Below are positions 27,781 to 38,664 of a stretch of DNA of 64,000 bases, one piece after another. Position 1 is the stretch's first letter. Every line of letters begins with the position of its first letter. The notes beneath the pieces were generated by a model. That model made no database searches and had not been told where the DNA came from. It saw nothing but the letters and a program-made list of their open reading frames with translations. The stretch is from Mobula hypostoma. Taxonomy: Eukaryota. The stretch spans positions 152,088,001-152,152,000 of the forward strand of contig NC_086097.1 in NCBI RefSeq assembly GCF_963921235.1, in the 5' to 3' direction. Position numbers and translations under genes: made by a program.

Positions 27781-29094
27781 CCCCCTGAGTGCACTCTAGC
27801 TAAATCTGATTTGGCAGTTTTTATATGTGAATGAAATCAGGTGTATTTGATAACTTCCGAATCAATCAGAGATAACATTGACCATCATTTTTTTGTACTG
27901 AGAGCTTAAGTAGAAAGACAGTATTCGTCTCATTTTCCGCTTAAAAGTCAAGTTGAATTTCAACAGTTTGGTTAAGATTTCATCAATTATATCATTTCAA
28001 ATAGGAAGTATTTTGAGTTCCTGCCAGAATAATGGATGATATTACCAGTAAAGTTTTTTTTCTCCATACTGTGCAGCATTAAGTTCTGCAAGGATCAATG
28101 GTTGGTTATGACTCACATGCAACATGCAGCCCTCTGAATATATACCCTTAATAACGCAGTTCAAAAGACTAATCTAAAAGCAAGTATAAAACACTAGATG
28201 TTGAAATAAAAGCAGGATTTTCTAAATTAAAAATATAAAATGCAGGAATACTTTACCAAAGAGACAAAAACAGTTTGTTTTGGTCCAAGGTCCATTTGGA
28301 AATTTGGAAAAAAATTAGGAAAGTTCCATTTAGGGAAAGGTAGAATTCATATATGCTTTAATATGCAGGGAATGCAGAAGAGTGGAGTACAGGATGGGAA
28401 TGATAGTATGGAATTTATTAAAGAGACCACATTGGCTAGGTATTTGAGCAGTACTTGAATTAGAGTGCAATGAAACCCTCCACATCCCTCCGTAGGCTTG
28501 AAGGGTCCTATCTGTGTTGCCGCTCACACTCAGAGTATCATATAGTATATTGTAACAGACTTTGTTGCTCACTGCTTCACTTAAAACTTTTTCATGACTT
28601 CCAAAGACAAGGAGGTTAAAAAGGACTCAATTTAACTATCATTATGGAACTCCCTCCCACTTCTCCATTCATAGTGAGCTAACATTGGATCAGAGCAAAA
28701 CATTAAAATATTAGAGGGTGCATGCTTGAGGAAGAATAGCCCCATTTCCAAATAACATAATTTTACCAAATGATTCATCAAATGGAATTTATATTTACAT
28801 TATGTTAATAAATTCCCAGTGAGTGGAGAATTTTTTGAACATTAACGTTAATCAAAATATTATGTATGTTTGTACATTTCACAATGATATTCCCCTTATG
28901 GAGATGAGTATAGATCTTATTGAATGGTGGAACAGGCTCGATCGGCCAGATGGCCTATTCCTTCTCCTATTTCTTATTATTAGGTTGTTGAAATTGATCC
29001 AACTTTGACTTCAAGGTTATAGGTAATAACTTATGAAAGCCTCCTGACAATTCACATCAATAATTAAGTACCAGAATATCTATAGGACAAAAAA

Positions 29095-29575
29095 AAAACA
29101 AAATGCTGTAGGATTCAATGGATTAAGCAGAATCTGTGCAGGTAGCAGAATAGTCAATGTTAGGGTCAGGATTGTGTACCAGGTCTGAGAGTGTAGAGAG
29201 AAGATATTCAGTATAAAGGAGGGGGAGGGAGAGATAAGACAGGAGCTGGAGGATGATAGGAGAAATGAGGTGAGATAGGGGTGGGTAGAGCAAGGGAGAA
29301 GGAACCCAAGAAGCTATATGTCTGATTGAAAGGCAGATGGAAATGGGAAAGGTGAACAAAGGGAGAGAGAACTTAGATGGTCCAGTCTGAGTGGGAATAT
29401 GACACAGTAGATGTGGGTTACCAGAAACTGGAAAGTTCAATGTTCATAGAATTGGATTGTAGGTTTCCTAAGTGGATATGAGATATTGATTAGTTTCAAA
29501 TGTAACAATGTAACATGAGAGAATGTAACACTGGTGACAGACAGATCAGTGTGGGAATGGGAGTTCAAAGGTTTG
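29095..29575 (-). mobile_element. Penelope-like element 3' end including GIY-YIG C-terminus remnant
   Basis: Minus strand ~29415-29470 reads LGNLQSNSMNIELSSFW*, like the PLE C-terminal LG.LQP.GMNIEF motif, followed by pLTR-like sequence. Confidence 0.7.
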
Positions 29576-30006
29576 ACATGTGTGTTCAGAAATGATCTTC
29601 TGCACATCACTGTGTAATGCATGATTAGTTGAGTTACTGTCACCTTGCTGTCAGCTTGAACCAACCTGGCCATTTCCCACTGCCCTTTCTGATTAACAAG
29701 GTATCTTCACCCACAGTACTGCCATTCACTGAATGCTGTTTTGTTTTTCACACCATTCTCTGTAAGCTCTAGAGACTGTTATGTGTGGAAAAAGATTAGC
29801 AGCTTCTGAGATACCCAAGCCACCCGGTCTGGCATCAACAATTATTCCACAGTCAAAGTCACTTAGATTACATTTCTTCCTCATTCTGATGTTTAGTCTA
29901 AACAACAACAGAACCTCTTGACCATGTCTACGTGCTTTTACGCATTGAATTGCTGTCACTTGATTGACTGATTGGAAATTTGCATTAATAGTCAGGTATA
30001 CAAGTG

Positions 30007-30390
30007 TAGGGAATGTAGGGGGCACTGGATAGCTGTAGTACTTTGATGTCTGGCAGCTGCACTCTACCTACTGGGGTGGATGGATATCACTGGTCCTCAT
30101 CCATCTCCTAAATCTCTCACGTCTGCCTCCAAGCGGCACACCCCGGTACACTGCTTCATCTGGCGGGATAAACAACGTGAGGGGCTGGGGTAGGACCTCA
30201 TTGACAAAGTCACTGGCTAGGGTGGATGCGTTCCTCAAAGAACTACAATGGCCATGTGTTCGAGACCAGGGCGAACCACCAAGTTGGAGGACGTCGGCCG
30301 TGGTCTGGCCTGGAGAGGGATTTGTCAGGTCTCTCCAGCCCAAGACATGCAAAAGCGCCTCTACAACCCGATCCAAACTGAAGTGAACTG
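30007..30390 (+). mobile_element. 384-bp non-autonomous retroposon (RTE-like) with 9-bp TSD
   Basis: ATACAAGTG at 29998-30006 and 30391-30399; 3' tail aaactgaagtgaactg; GC-richer than host; contains an HDV-like fold. Confidence 0.8.
30073..30183 (+). ncRNA. HDV-like ribozyme fold (catalytic position apparently mutated)
   Basis: P1 ggggtg/cacccc; P2 ctctcacgt/acgtgaggg; P3 gcc/ggc around L3 tccaagc; P1.1 cc/gg; P4 ctgct/ggcgg; J4/2 gAtaaaca. Confidence 0.65.
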
Positions 30391-33199
30391 ATACAAGTGA
30401 ACTTAATTAAGTGGCCACTGAGGAAATACGGTATTTGGCTTGCGTGAGTGGACAGTGATCTAGCAAATGAAGTAAAGAAGGAAAAATATGAAATTATTCA
30501 TGTTGACATGTAGAATAAAAGAAGCATATTATCTGAATGATAAGAGATTGCAGAGGCCTCAGGTGAAGAGGAAAACTGGATGTCGCAGTAGATGTTTCAC
30601 ATACAGGCTACTTTGTGGTATAGAAAGTAGTTTGGAAAGTCAGAAGAATATTACGATTCATTTTTATTAAAGACATTAAAGTTGGGTATTTTTTTAAAAA
30701 ATCAAAGTAATGTGCTTAGATTTCTAGAACCCATTTGAACTTTTCTAAATGCCCTGATATTAGAATTCAGAAGTTGTTTCAGTTGTTATCTTATTGGTCA
30801 ATCAAACTAACATTGAAGAGTCCAGGCCACGTGGAAGATAACAAGTTCATTTATCTGTACAACTAAGTCTCAATTATCTGCTCAGTACTGCCCTGGATGA
30901 AGTAAGGATCTCAGCATATTCCCATTCTAATCTGAAAGGATTACACTTAAAGCTAGGGCCTGCTGAACACAAATTTGTTCAAATTTCCTATTTCACAGTG
31001 ATGTCAAGATCTAGTCTTTTGGAGTAAATCTGCAAATTTATCAACAAAAGGGTTGCTCCTGCTCTTGCAATTTGGGCTCTACTACTCAAACATATTTTAC
31101 TTAGAAACCACAGTCGATCACAATTCCTTCAAGCTGCACCCCACTATCTTCTGTTAACTCTTATGATTTTTCCACTTGAACAGAGAGAGGACACATAGTT
31201 CATCCATTCAAATGTACGTACAATGTCATCTCAGTGATAGAAATGGACTAGCTGATAGATAGACCTTCTGTTGCGTGCTGGATGCCAGGAGTACTTAGAC
31301 ATAGTTAGTACTTCAATGTTTCTATTGCAGCATGGAGATTACAAATTACATTTGTACAGTTGATTACATTATATAGAAAAAGACACACCGAGTTTTTGGC
31401 GGATGTTGAAACTTTACGAAGGCCGTGCTATGCTGACAGGGAAAGACAGCTCACGATAAAAGAAAGAAACACAAATGTGATAGAGTAATTTCTGACTTTC
31501 ATCACTGAAAACTACCAGGCCTGTTCAGGCAGTGGGTTTGTCAAGGCATCTTTTTTTTAATAAAAAAAACCCTTCAGTTCAGCAACTGAGTGCATATTTC
31601 TGAAAGGAGACAGGTCCACGTATTTAAACTCTCATCCAGTACATGGGGCAAAGGCTGTATCGAGGGAGAAGAATCAAGAAGATATCAAGAGTGGACATGC
31701 CTTCCACAGTGAACTATAGGTATTCATACACCAATTGAATTTATAGAGTGGAATCCTTATGAGTCAAGGTGGTTATGCGATAATCTAGAGCTAACACATA
31801 GGGCCACTGCAGGTGTTGTCAATGAGGCTCTGGATGTGGGTAATTATAACTATTGCAAATCCCAGAATCCTATCCCACTTCTGGGTAGAAATCAGAAGTG
31901 TAACTGAAATACTTCATTTCAGAAAATCTAGTAAGTCACTTGCTCAAAGCAAACATGGATTGCAGACAGAACAATATTACAGATGGAAGAAAAATGCTAG
32001 CTCCTGACTCAGGCACTGATCACAGAAGTTGAAGCACATCTTAAAATTGAAATATATAAATTGGTTTCCCTGCATTATATGAATAAACTCTACTTTTATT
32101 TTATCAGAGAAATCCAAGTGTGCTGCTGGCAATTTCTATCTGTATATTTTATCTGTGCCTTTGCAGTTGGAAGATTAAAAATAAAAGCAAAATGTATACA
32201 ATATATCTGTTGCTCCTGTCCTGTTAGAACTCAAATTTGATTAAGTTCCTCAGTTGTGTTAACTCCATAGACCCAAGAAGTCAGAACAATGAGAGAAAAT
32301 TGATTAGCTACATATCCTCAAATTACAAAACATGTTGATGAAGAATAAAGCTATAATCACAACCAATGATGCACATAGTTTAACTTGTCAATTATGCACA
32401 CCTACACATTTTTTTATTAGCATTATAGAAAGTAATGACTTCCTCTTTCTAATTGGTCTGTTCTCTCACAATCTAGCATCTCCGACTAGCGGCATCTAAT
32501 TATTTCTCTTGGTGGGTAAATTATCCGCAAATGATCTTTTGTTTATTGATAATGGTGCCCTAATGACACACAATAGCTGCCAACATACAGAGAAATCTCA
32601 CACAATAATGACAATGCCCTCTGTTGTAATTAGCTTTTATTGCCTTTAACTAACCTCCTTTCTGTAAGGAAAGGATGTTTGATGCATTAATAATGGGTAG
32701 AAGATAACTAATTATCTCTTCTTGATGTGCTTCATACTGTCCCTCCACGTTTATCTATTTTAGTGCACTCTTGAGATTGGCCTATGGTGTTTAACTACAG
32801 AGAAGGAATGAAAGATGATCATTTCAAAGAAAAAAGATGAATGACAGCTTGAATATTCCAATACATGCACAGACACCATAAGCAATAAGCAGTTGAGATG
32901 ATTAAAGTGCATTGTTGATGATTAGGCAATTTGTGGTGAAGTGTGGTGAGTTGCTTGTTGCAGGATAGGCAGATAACTTGCTAGTTAACAATAACCTCTC
33001 ATGGGTTGATGGTTGGGGATTTGGCAATGGAAATGCAGCTAAATATCAATGAATCTGGTTAGACTTTCTCTTGTTGAAGATGTATCTAATCCTCCCAAGC
33101 CTCAGCTCTTATTGGACCACATCTCAAGGTTATAGATTGCCATGGTGATTTTCTTTATTTGCTGCAGCTGCTGGCCCATGTAATCTCAAGGGTGCTCAT

Positions 33200-35690
33200 T
33201 GTTAATCAGGAACAGCATCACACATGCTGAAAGGGAGGATGTCATCATAAGATTGTCCACTGAGTCAGCGTGGGTGGAAGTCAGAAACAGGAAGGAAGCA
33301 ATCATTCTCTTGGGAGTATTCTACAGACCCTCTCAATAACAACAGAGATAACGAGGAACAGATGGGGAGGCATTTTTTGGAAAGGTGCAATAATAACAGG
33401 GTCACTTGCATGGGTGGCCTCAACTCCACTTATATGGATTGGCACTTCAGTGTAAAAGACTTACATGTAACAAATTTGTCAGTTGTGCCCAGGAAAGATT
33501 CCTGATACAGTATGTAGACAGGCTGACTAGAGCAGATAAGACCATAGGATATAGGAGCAAAAGTAGGCCATTCAGCCCATCGAGTCTACTCTGCCATTCA
33601 ATCGTGGGCTGATCCAATTCTTTCAGTCATCCCCACTCCTCTGCCTTCTCCCCATATCCTTTGATGCCGTGGCTAATCAAGAATATATCTATCTCTGCCC
33701 TAAATGCACCCAATGGCTTTGCCTCCACAGCTGCTCACGGCAACAAATTCTACAGAATTATCACCCCCTGACTAAAGTAATTTTTCACATCTCTGTTCTA
33801 AGTGGACGTCCTTCAATCCTGAAGTCGTGCCCTCTTCTCCTAGATTCCCTTACTATGGGGAAAAAACTTTGCCATATCTGATCTGTTCAGGCTTTTTAAC
33901 ATTCAGAATGTTTCTATGAGATTCCCCCTCATTCTCCTGAACTCCAGAGATTACAGCCCAACAGCTGCCAGACATTTCTCATATGGTAACCCTTTCATTT
34001 CAGGAATTATTGTCGTGAATCTTCTCTGAACCCTTTCCAATGTCAGTATATCCTTTTTAAAATAAGGAACCCAAAACTGCACACAATACTCCAAGTGTGG
34101 TCTCACGAGTGCCTTATAGAGCCTCAACACCTCCTCCCTGCTCTTATATTCTATACCTCTAGAACTGAATGCCAACATTGCATTCGCCGCCTTCACCAAT
34201 GACTCAACCTACGTGTTAACCTTTAGGGTGTCCTGCACAAGGACTCCCAAGTCCATTTGCGTCTCTGCATTTTGAATTCTCTCCCCATCTAAATAATAGT
34301 CTGCCCATTTATTTCTTCCACCAAAGTGCATAACCATACACTTTCCAATATTCTGGTACTAGACACTGAATCTGATCAGATGTCAGATCTCTCTGTGGGT
34401 GAGCATTTCAGAGACAGTCACCACAATGTTCTGATCTTTACCATAGACTTGGACTGGGATAGGAGCAAGCTCTATGGGAAAATATTTAGCTGGGGTAGGG
34501 CAGATTATGATGCTGTTAGGCAGGAACTTGCAGTGTAAATTGGAAATGAATGTACCCAGGGAAATTCACAATAGAGATGTGGAGCTTGTTTAGGGAGAAC
34601 TTGCATGGGTTTCTGAATACATTTATCCCATTGAAGCAGAGAAAAGATAGTAGGGTTGAGGAACCATTGCTGACATGAGATGTGGAACATCTAGTTAAGC
34701 AGAAGAAAGAAGCGAACAAAATGTTTAGGGAACAAGGTTCGGACACGGCTCTTGGGGGTTACAAGGTAGGCAGGAAGAAGCTGAAAAATGGCCTTAGGAG
34801 AGCTAGAAAGCTTTGGTGAGTCAGATTAAGGAAAACCCCAAGATGTACATGAAAAACAGAAGAGTGACTAGAGTGAGGGTAGTTCTGATCAGGGAAAAAA
34901 ATGAGGAAATATGTGCTTGGTCTTGGAGGCGGTAGTGGAGTTCTTTAATTACTACTTTGCTTCAGTATATTCTGGTGAGAGGGACCTTAACAAATGTTGG
35001 AATAGTGTAGAACAGGCTGATATTCTAGAATATGTCTACGTTAAGAAAGAGGATGTGCTGGAGCTTTTGAAAAACTTTAAGATAAGTAAGGCTCTGGGGC
35101 CAGAAAGGATCTGCCCCAGGTTACTTTGGGAGGCAAAGGAAAAGATTGCTGTGACTTCGGTGATAATCCTTTCATCCTTGCTGGTCACAGGGGTAGTACC
35201 AAAAGATTGGAAGGTGGCAAATATTATTCCTTTGTTCAAGAGGGATTATAGGGATTACACTGGGAATTATAGTCCAGTGATTCTTATATTAGTGGTGGGC
35301 AAACTATTGGAGAGATGATTTTCAAGCATTTTGAGAAACCTAACCTGATCAGGGATAGTCCATTTGACTTTCTAAGGGGTGGGTTATACTTTGCAGATGA
35401 CATGATGGTTTGTGGTCTTACGGATAATGTAGAAGGTTGTTGTAGGTTACAACAGGACATTGACTGGATGTTGAGCTGGGCTAAGAAGTCGCAAATGGAA
35501 TTCAACCTGGAAAAGTGTGTAGTGTTTCACTTTGCAAGGTTGAACTTGAAGGTAGAATACAGGGTTAATGGTAGGATTCCTCAGATTTGCAGTGCAAGTT
35601 GATAGTGTGGTTAAGAAGGTGAATGATGCGTTGGCCTTCATTAGTCAGGTGATTGAGTTCAAGTGCTGGAAGGTAATATTGCAGCTCTAA
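33200..35690 (+). mobile_element. Old CR1 ORF2 (endonuclease to RT) with internal deletions; interrupted by another CR1 and ending at a Tc1
   Basis: ORFs 34326-34538 (DSHHN), 34911-35318 (DWKVANIIPLFK), 35315-35602 (FADD). Confidence 0.85.
33532..34348 (-). mobile_element. CR1 3' end nested in older CR1
   Basis: ORF 33951-34199 (LYKALVRPHLEYCVQFW); tail agataagaccataggatatagg. Confidence 0.88.
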
Positions 35691-35699
35691 CTTGAATAA

Positions 35700-37305
35700 C
35701 TTCATGATTCACCCCCTCCCCCCTTGGAAGTTTTCATATTTTATTGTTTTCCAACATTGAATCATACTGGATTTAATCTGGCTTTTTGACACTGATCAAC
35801 AGAAAAAGAATTTTTCACGTCCAAGTGAAAACAGATCTCTATAAAGTGATCTAAATTAATTACAAATATAAAACACAAAATAATTGATTGCATGAGTATT
35901 CACCCCCTTCAAGTCTTTAGTAGATGCACCTTTGGCAGCACTTACAGCCTTGAGTGTGTGTGGATAGGTCTCTATCAGCTTTACACATCTGGACACTGCA
36001 ATTTTTCCCCATTCTTCTTTACAAAACTGCTTAAGCCCTGACAGGTTGTATGGCGATCATGAGTGAACAGCACTTTTCAAGCCCAGCCACAAATTCTCAG
36101 TCAGATTGAGGTCTGGACTCTGACTTGGCCATTCTAGGACATTAACTTTGTTGTTTTTAAGCCATTCCTATGTAGCTTTGGCTTTATGCTTGAGAACATT
36201 GTCTTGCTGGAAAACACATCTTCTCTCAATTTGCTGTTCTCTTGCAGACTGCATCAAGTTTTCTTCCAGGATTCACCTGTATTTTGGTGCATTCATTTTA
36301 CCCTCTACCTTCACAAGCCTTCAATGGCCTGCTGCAGTGAAGTATCGCCACAACATGATGCAGCCACCACCGTGCTTCACAGTAGGGACGGTAAATTTTT
36401 GATGATGTGCGGTGTTTGGCTTACTCCAAACATAGCGTTTAGTCTGATGGCCAAAAAGCTCAATTTTGGTTTCATCAGACTACAGCACCTTCTTCTAGAT
36501 GACTTCATTGTCTCTCACGTGCCTTCTGGCAAACTCTAGCTGAGATGTCATGTGAGCTTCTTTTCCCAACAGTGGCTTTCTCTTTGCCACTCTCCCATAA
36601 AGCTGCAACTGGTGAAGCACTTGGGCAACAGCTGTATGCGCACTTTCCCCCAGCTCAGGCACTGAAGCTTGTAACTCCTCCAGAGTTGTCATAGGTCTCT
36701 TGGTGGCCCCCTTCGCTAGTCCCCTTCTTGCACAGTCACTCGGTTTTTGAGAATGGCCTGCTCTAGGCAGATCTACAGCTGCGCCATATTCTTTCCATTT
36801 CTGGATGATCTACTTAACTGTACTCCAAGGGATAGTCAATGACTTGGAAATTTTCTTGTATCCATCTCCAAACTTATGCTTTTCAATACTCTTCTTGCAG
36901 AGTTGCTTGTAATGTTCTACTGTCTTCATGATGTGTTTTTTGTTAGGATATTGACTCACTCAAGTTGGACCTCACAGATACAGGTGCATTTTTACTACAA
37001 TCAAATGAAATACCTTGACTGCACACAGTAATCTCCATTTAAATAATTATGTGACTTCTAAAAGCAATTGGCTACACCCGTGATGATTTGGTGTGTCATA
37101 TTAAAGGGGGTGAATACTTATGCAATCAATTATTTTATGTTTCTATACTTGAAATTAATTTAGATCACTTTGTAGAGATCTGTTTTCACTCTGGCACAAA
37201 AAAGTCTTTTTCTGTTGAAAAGTTCAAAAAAGCCAAATTAAATTCACTGCGATTCGATGTTGTGAAACAATAAAACATGAAAATGTCCATGTGACATGCA
37301 CTGTA
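35700..37305 (-). mobile_element. Tc1 (IR/DR-type, DD34E) transposon, near full length, inactivated
   Basis: ~200-bp terminal inverted repeats (~35706-35910, ~37103-37303) with internal attcaccccc direct repeats; ends CACTG-TA; transposase remnant from ATG 36929 to ~35909 with SDETKIELFG, QQDN and [11 protein letters not shown] motifs, plus stops and frameshifts. Confidence 0.9.
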
Positions 37306-37769
37306 GCACGGAGAATTCATCAGTACTTTCACAGAGTGGTATTTGTATGAATAGACTTGGTTCAGGTCTTGCAGCGCCAACATACGTAATTTTGAGATCA
37401 TAAGCTTGGCATAAGTTTATCTCTTTTAAAACTTTAGAATAACTGATATCATAATCATTTGCCCCCTAGGTGTAAGTGCTTGAACTTCACAAAACCCTTT
37501 TCCATCATTCCTCATTTCACCTATTCAACACAGACATGCAAAAGTCTACAGGTATTGGATAATAATACAAGCTTCTGGTGGAGTTCAGTGGCTTAGGCAG
37601 CATTTTTAGAGGGAAATAGATCAACTACATTTCAGGTTAAAACCCTTTATTTGGGAGATAATTTAAAGAGGCTCAGGAGGGGGACATGTAATCTCACATG
37701 AAATCTCAGCTAGAGTAACTGGCATGCAATATTTTAGGTTTTCTTTTTGTACCCCTCAACTGCAACTAG

Positions 37770-37986
37770 AAGAAGAAATTGCCTTTCAACTCACGAGAGT
37801 GCATAGGCCATCAACTTTTGCTGTTGATGTTTCTGTAGCAGGCAATTTCTTTTTTATGAGGTCGAGTTGCTAGCTTGACGCTCAACCCAGCATGGATGGA
37901 AAGCGTGCAAGGGAGCCAGCTGGATTCGAACTTGGAACCTTCCACCTCAAAGTCCAGCTCTGATGCCACTACACCACCAGCCAGCC
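37770..37986 (-). mobile_element. Short tRNA-headed SINE with RTE-like body and tail
   Basis: Minus strand: A-box tggtgtagtgg, B-box gttcgaatcc, gctagcaactcgacctcataaaa, ggcctatgc...gaaagg, (TTC)n tail; 12-bp TSD with 2 mismatches (37758-37769, 37987-37998). Confidence 0.75.
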
Positions 37987-38286
37987 AACTATAACTAGTC
38001 TCCTCTTAAAAAAGAGTTTGTACTGGTTCTAATGTTCTAATTTCTTTCTGATATAGAAGCTCCTCTGTAATTTCCTGTTAGATTTATTAAAGAATATCTG
38101 ACAGCTACAACCTAAGCAGGAGACTGATCTCAGTGTCTTCACTGTTAAATCTTTCCATAATTTTAAAAGCTCCCCATTAAAGAAAAATTACAATAAATCT
38201 GTTTTGGACTTTCTTCAGTGCCTGTATTTCTCTTTTGCTGAGACACAGTGGAATCCTTCACAATTCGTTAATATTATAAATGTATC

Positions 38287-38640
38287 AAGTTGAAATTCAA
38301 AGTACATTTAATTATCAAAGTATGTATACATTATAGAGCTCTGAGATTCATCTCCTTACAGGCAGCCACAAAACAAAGAAATAGAGAAGAAACCATGAAC
38401 GAAAGAAGACCGTCAAACACCCAATGTGCAGAGGGGGAAAAAAATGTAAGCAATAAACAGAAGCAAATAGCATTCTGAACTGAAGTCCACATAGAGAATT
38501 CATCCACAGTCACTTAGTTCGACACAGAGCTCAGTAAATGTTGTGGAGCGGCAGCAAGCTGAACCAGTCCTTCCTTCGCCTCGGGCCCCATCTCCCGAAC
38601 CTTCTGAATATCGCCCGATGCCTGAATCATTATCCAAATT
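38287..38640 (-). mobile_element. Rex/Babar-type 3' UTR-derived fragment
   Basis: ttcaaagtacatttaattatcaaagtatg...ctgagattcat is antisense to the tail at 1590-1655. Confidence 0.55.
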
Positions 38641-38664
38641 GAACAAGGAATTCATTTTGTCCTA

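Larger units (their letters stand above)
29580..30421 (-). mobile_element. Tc1-derived non-autonomous DNA transposon (partial), interrupted at 30007-30390
   Basis: ORF 29726-30025 contains Tc1 N-terminal HTH (MRKKCNLSDFDCGIIVDAR..GLGISEAANL); TIR-like end taattaagtggccactgag at ~30403-30422. Confidence 0.8.
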
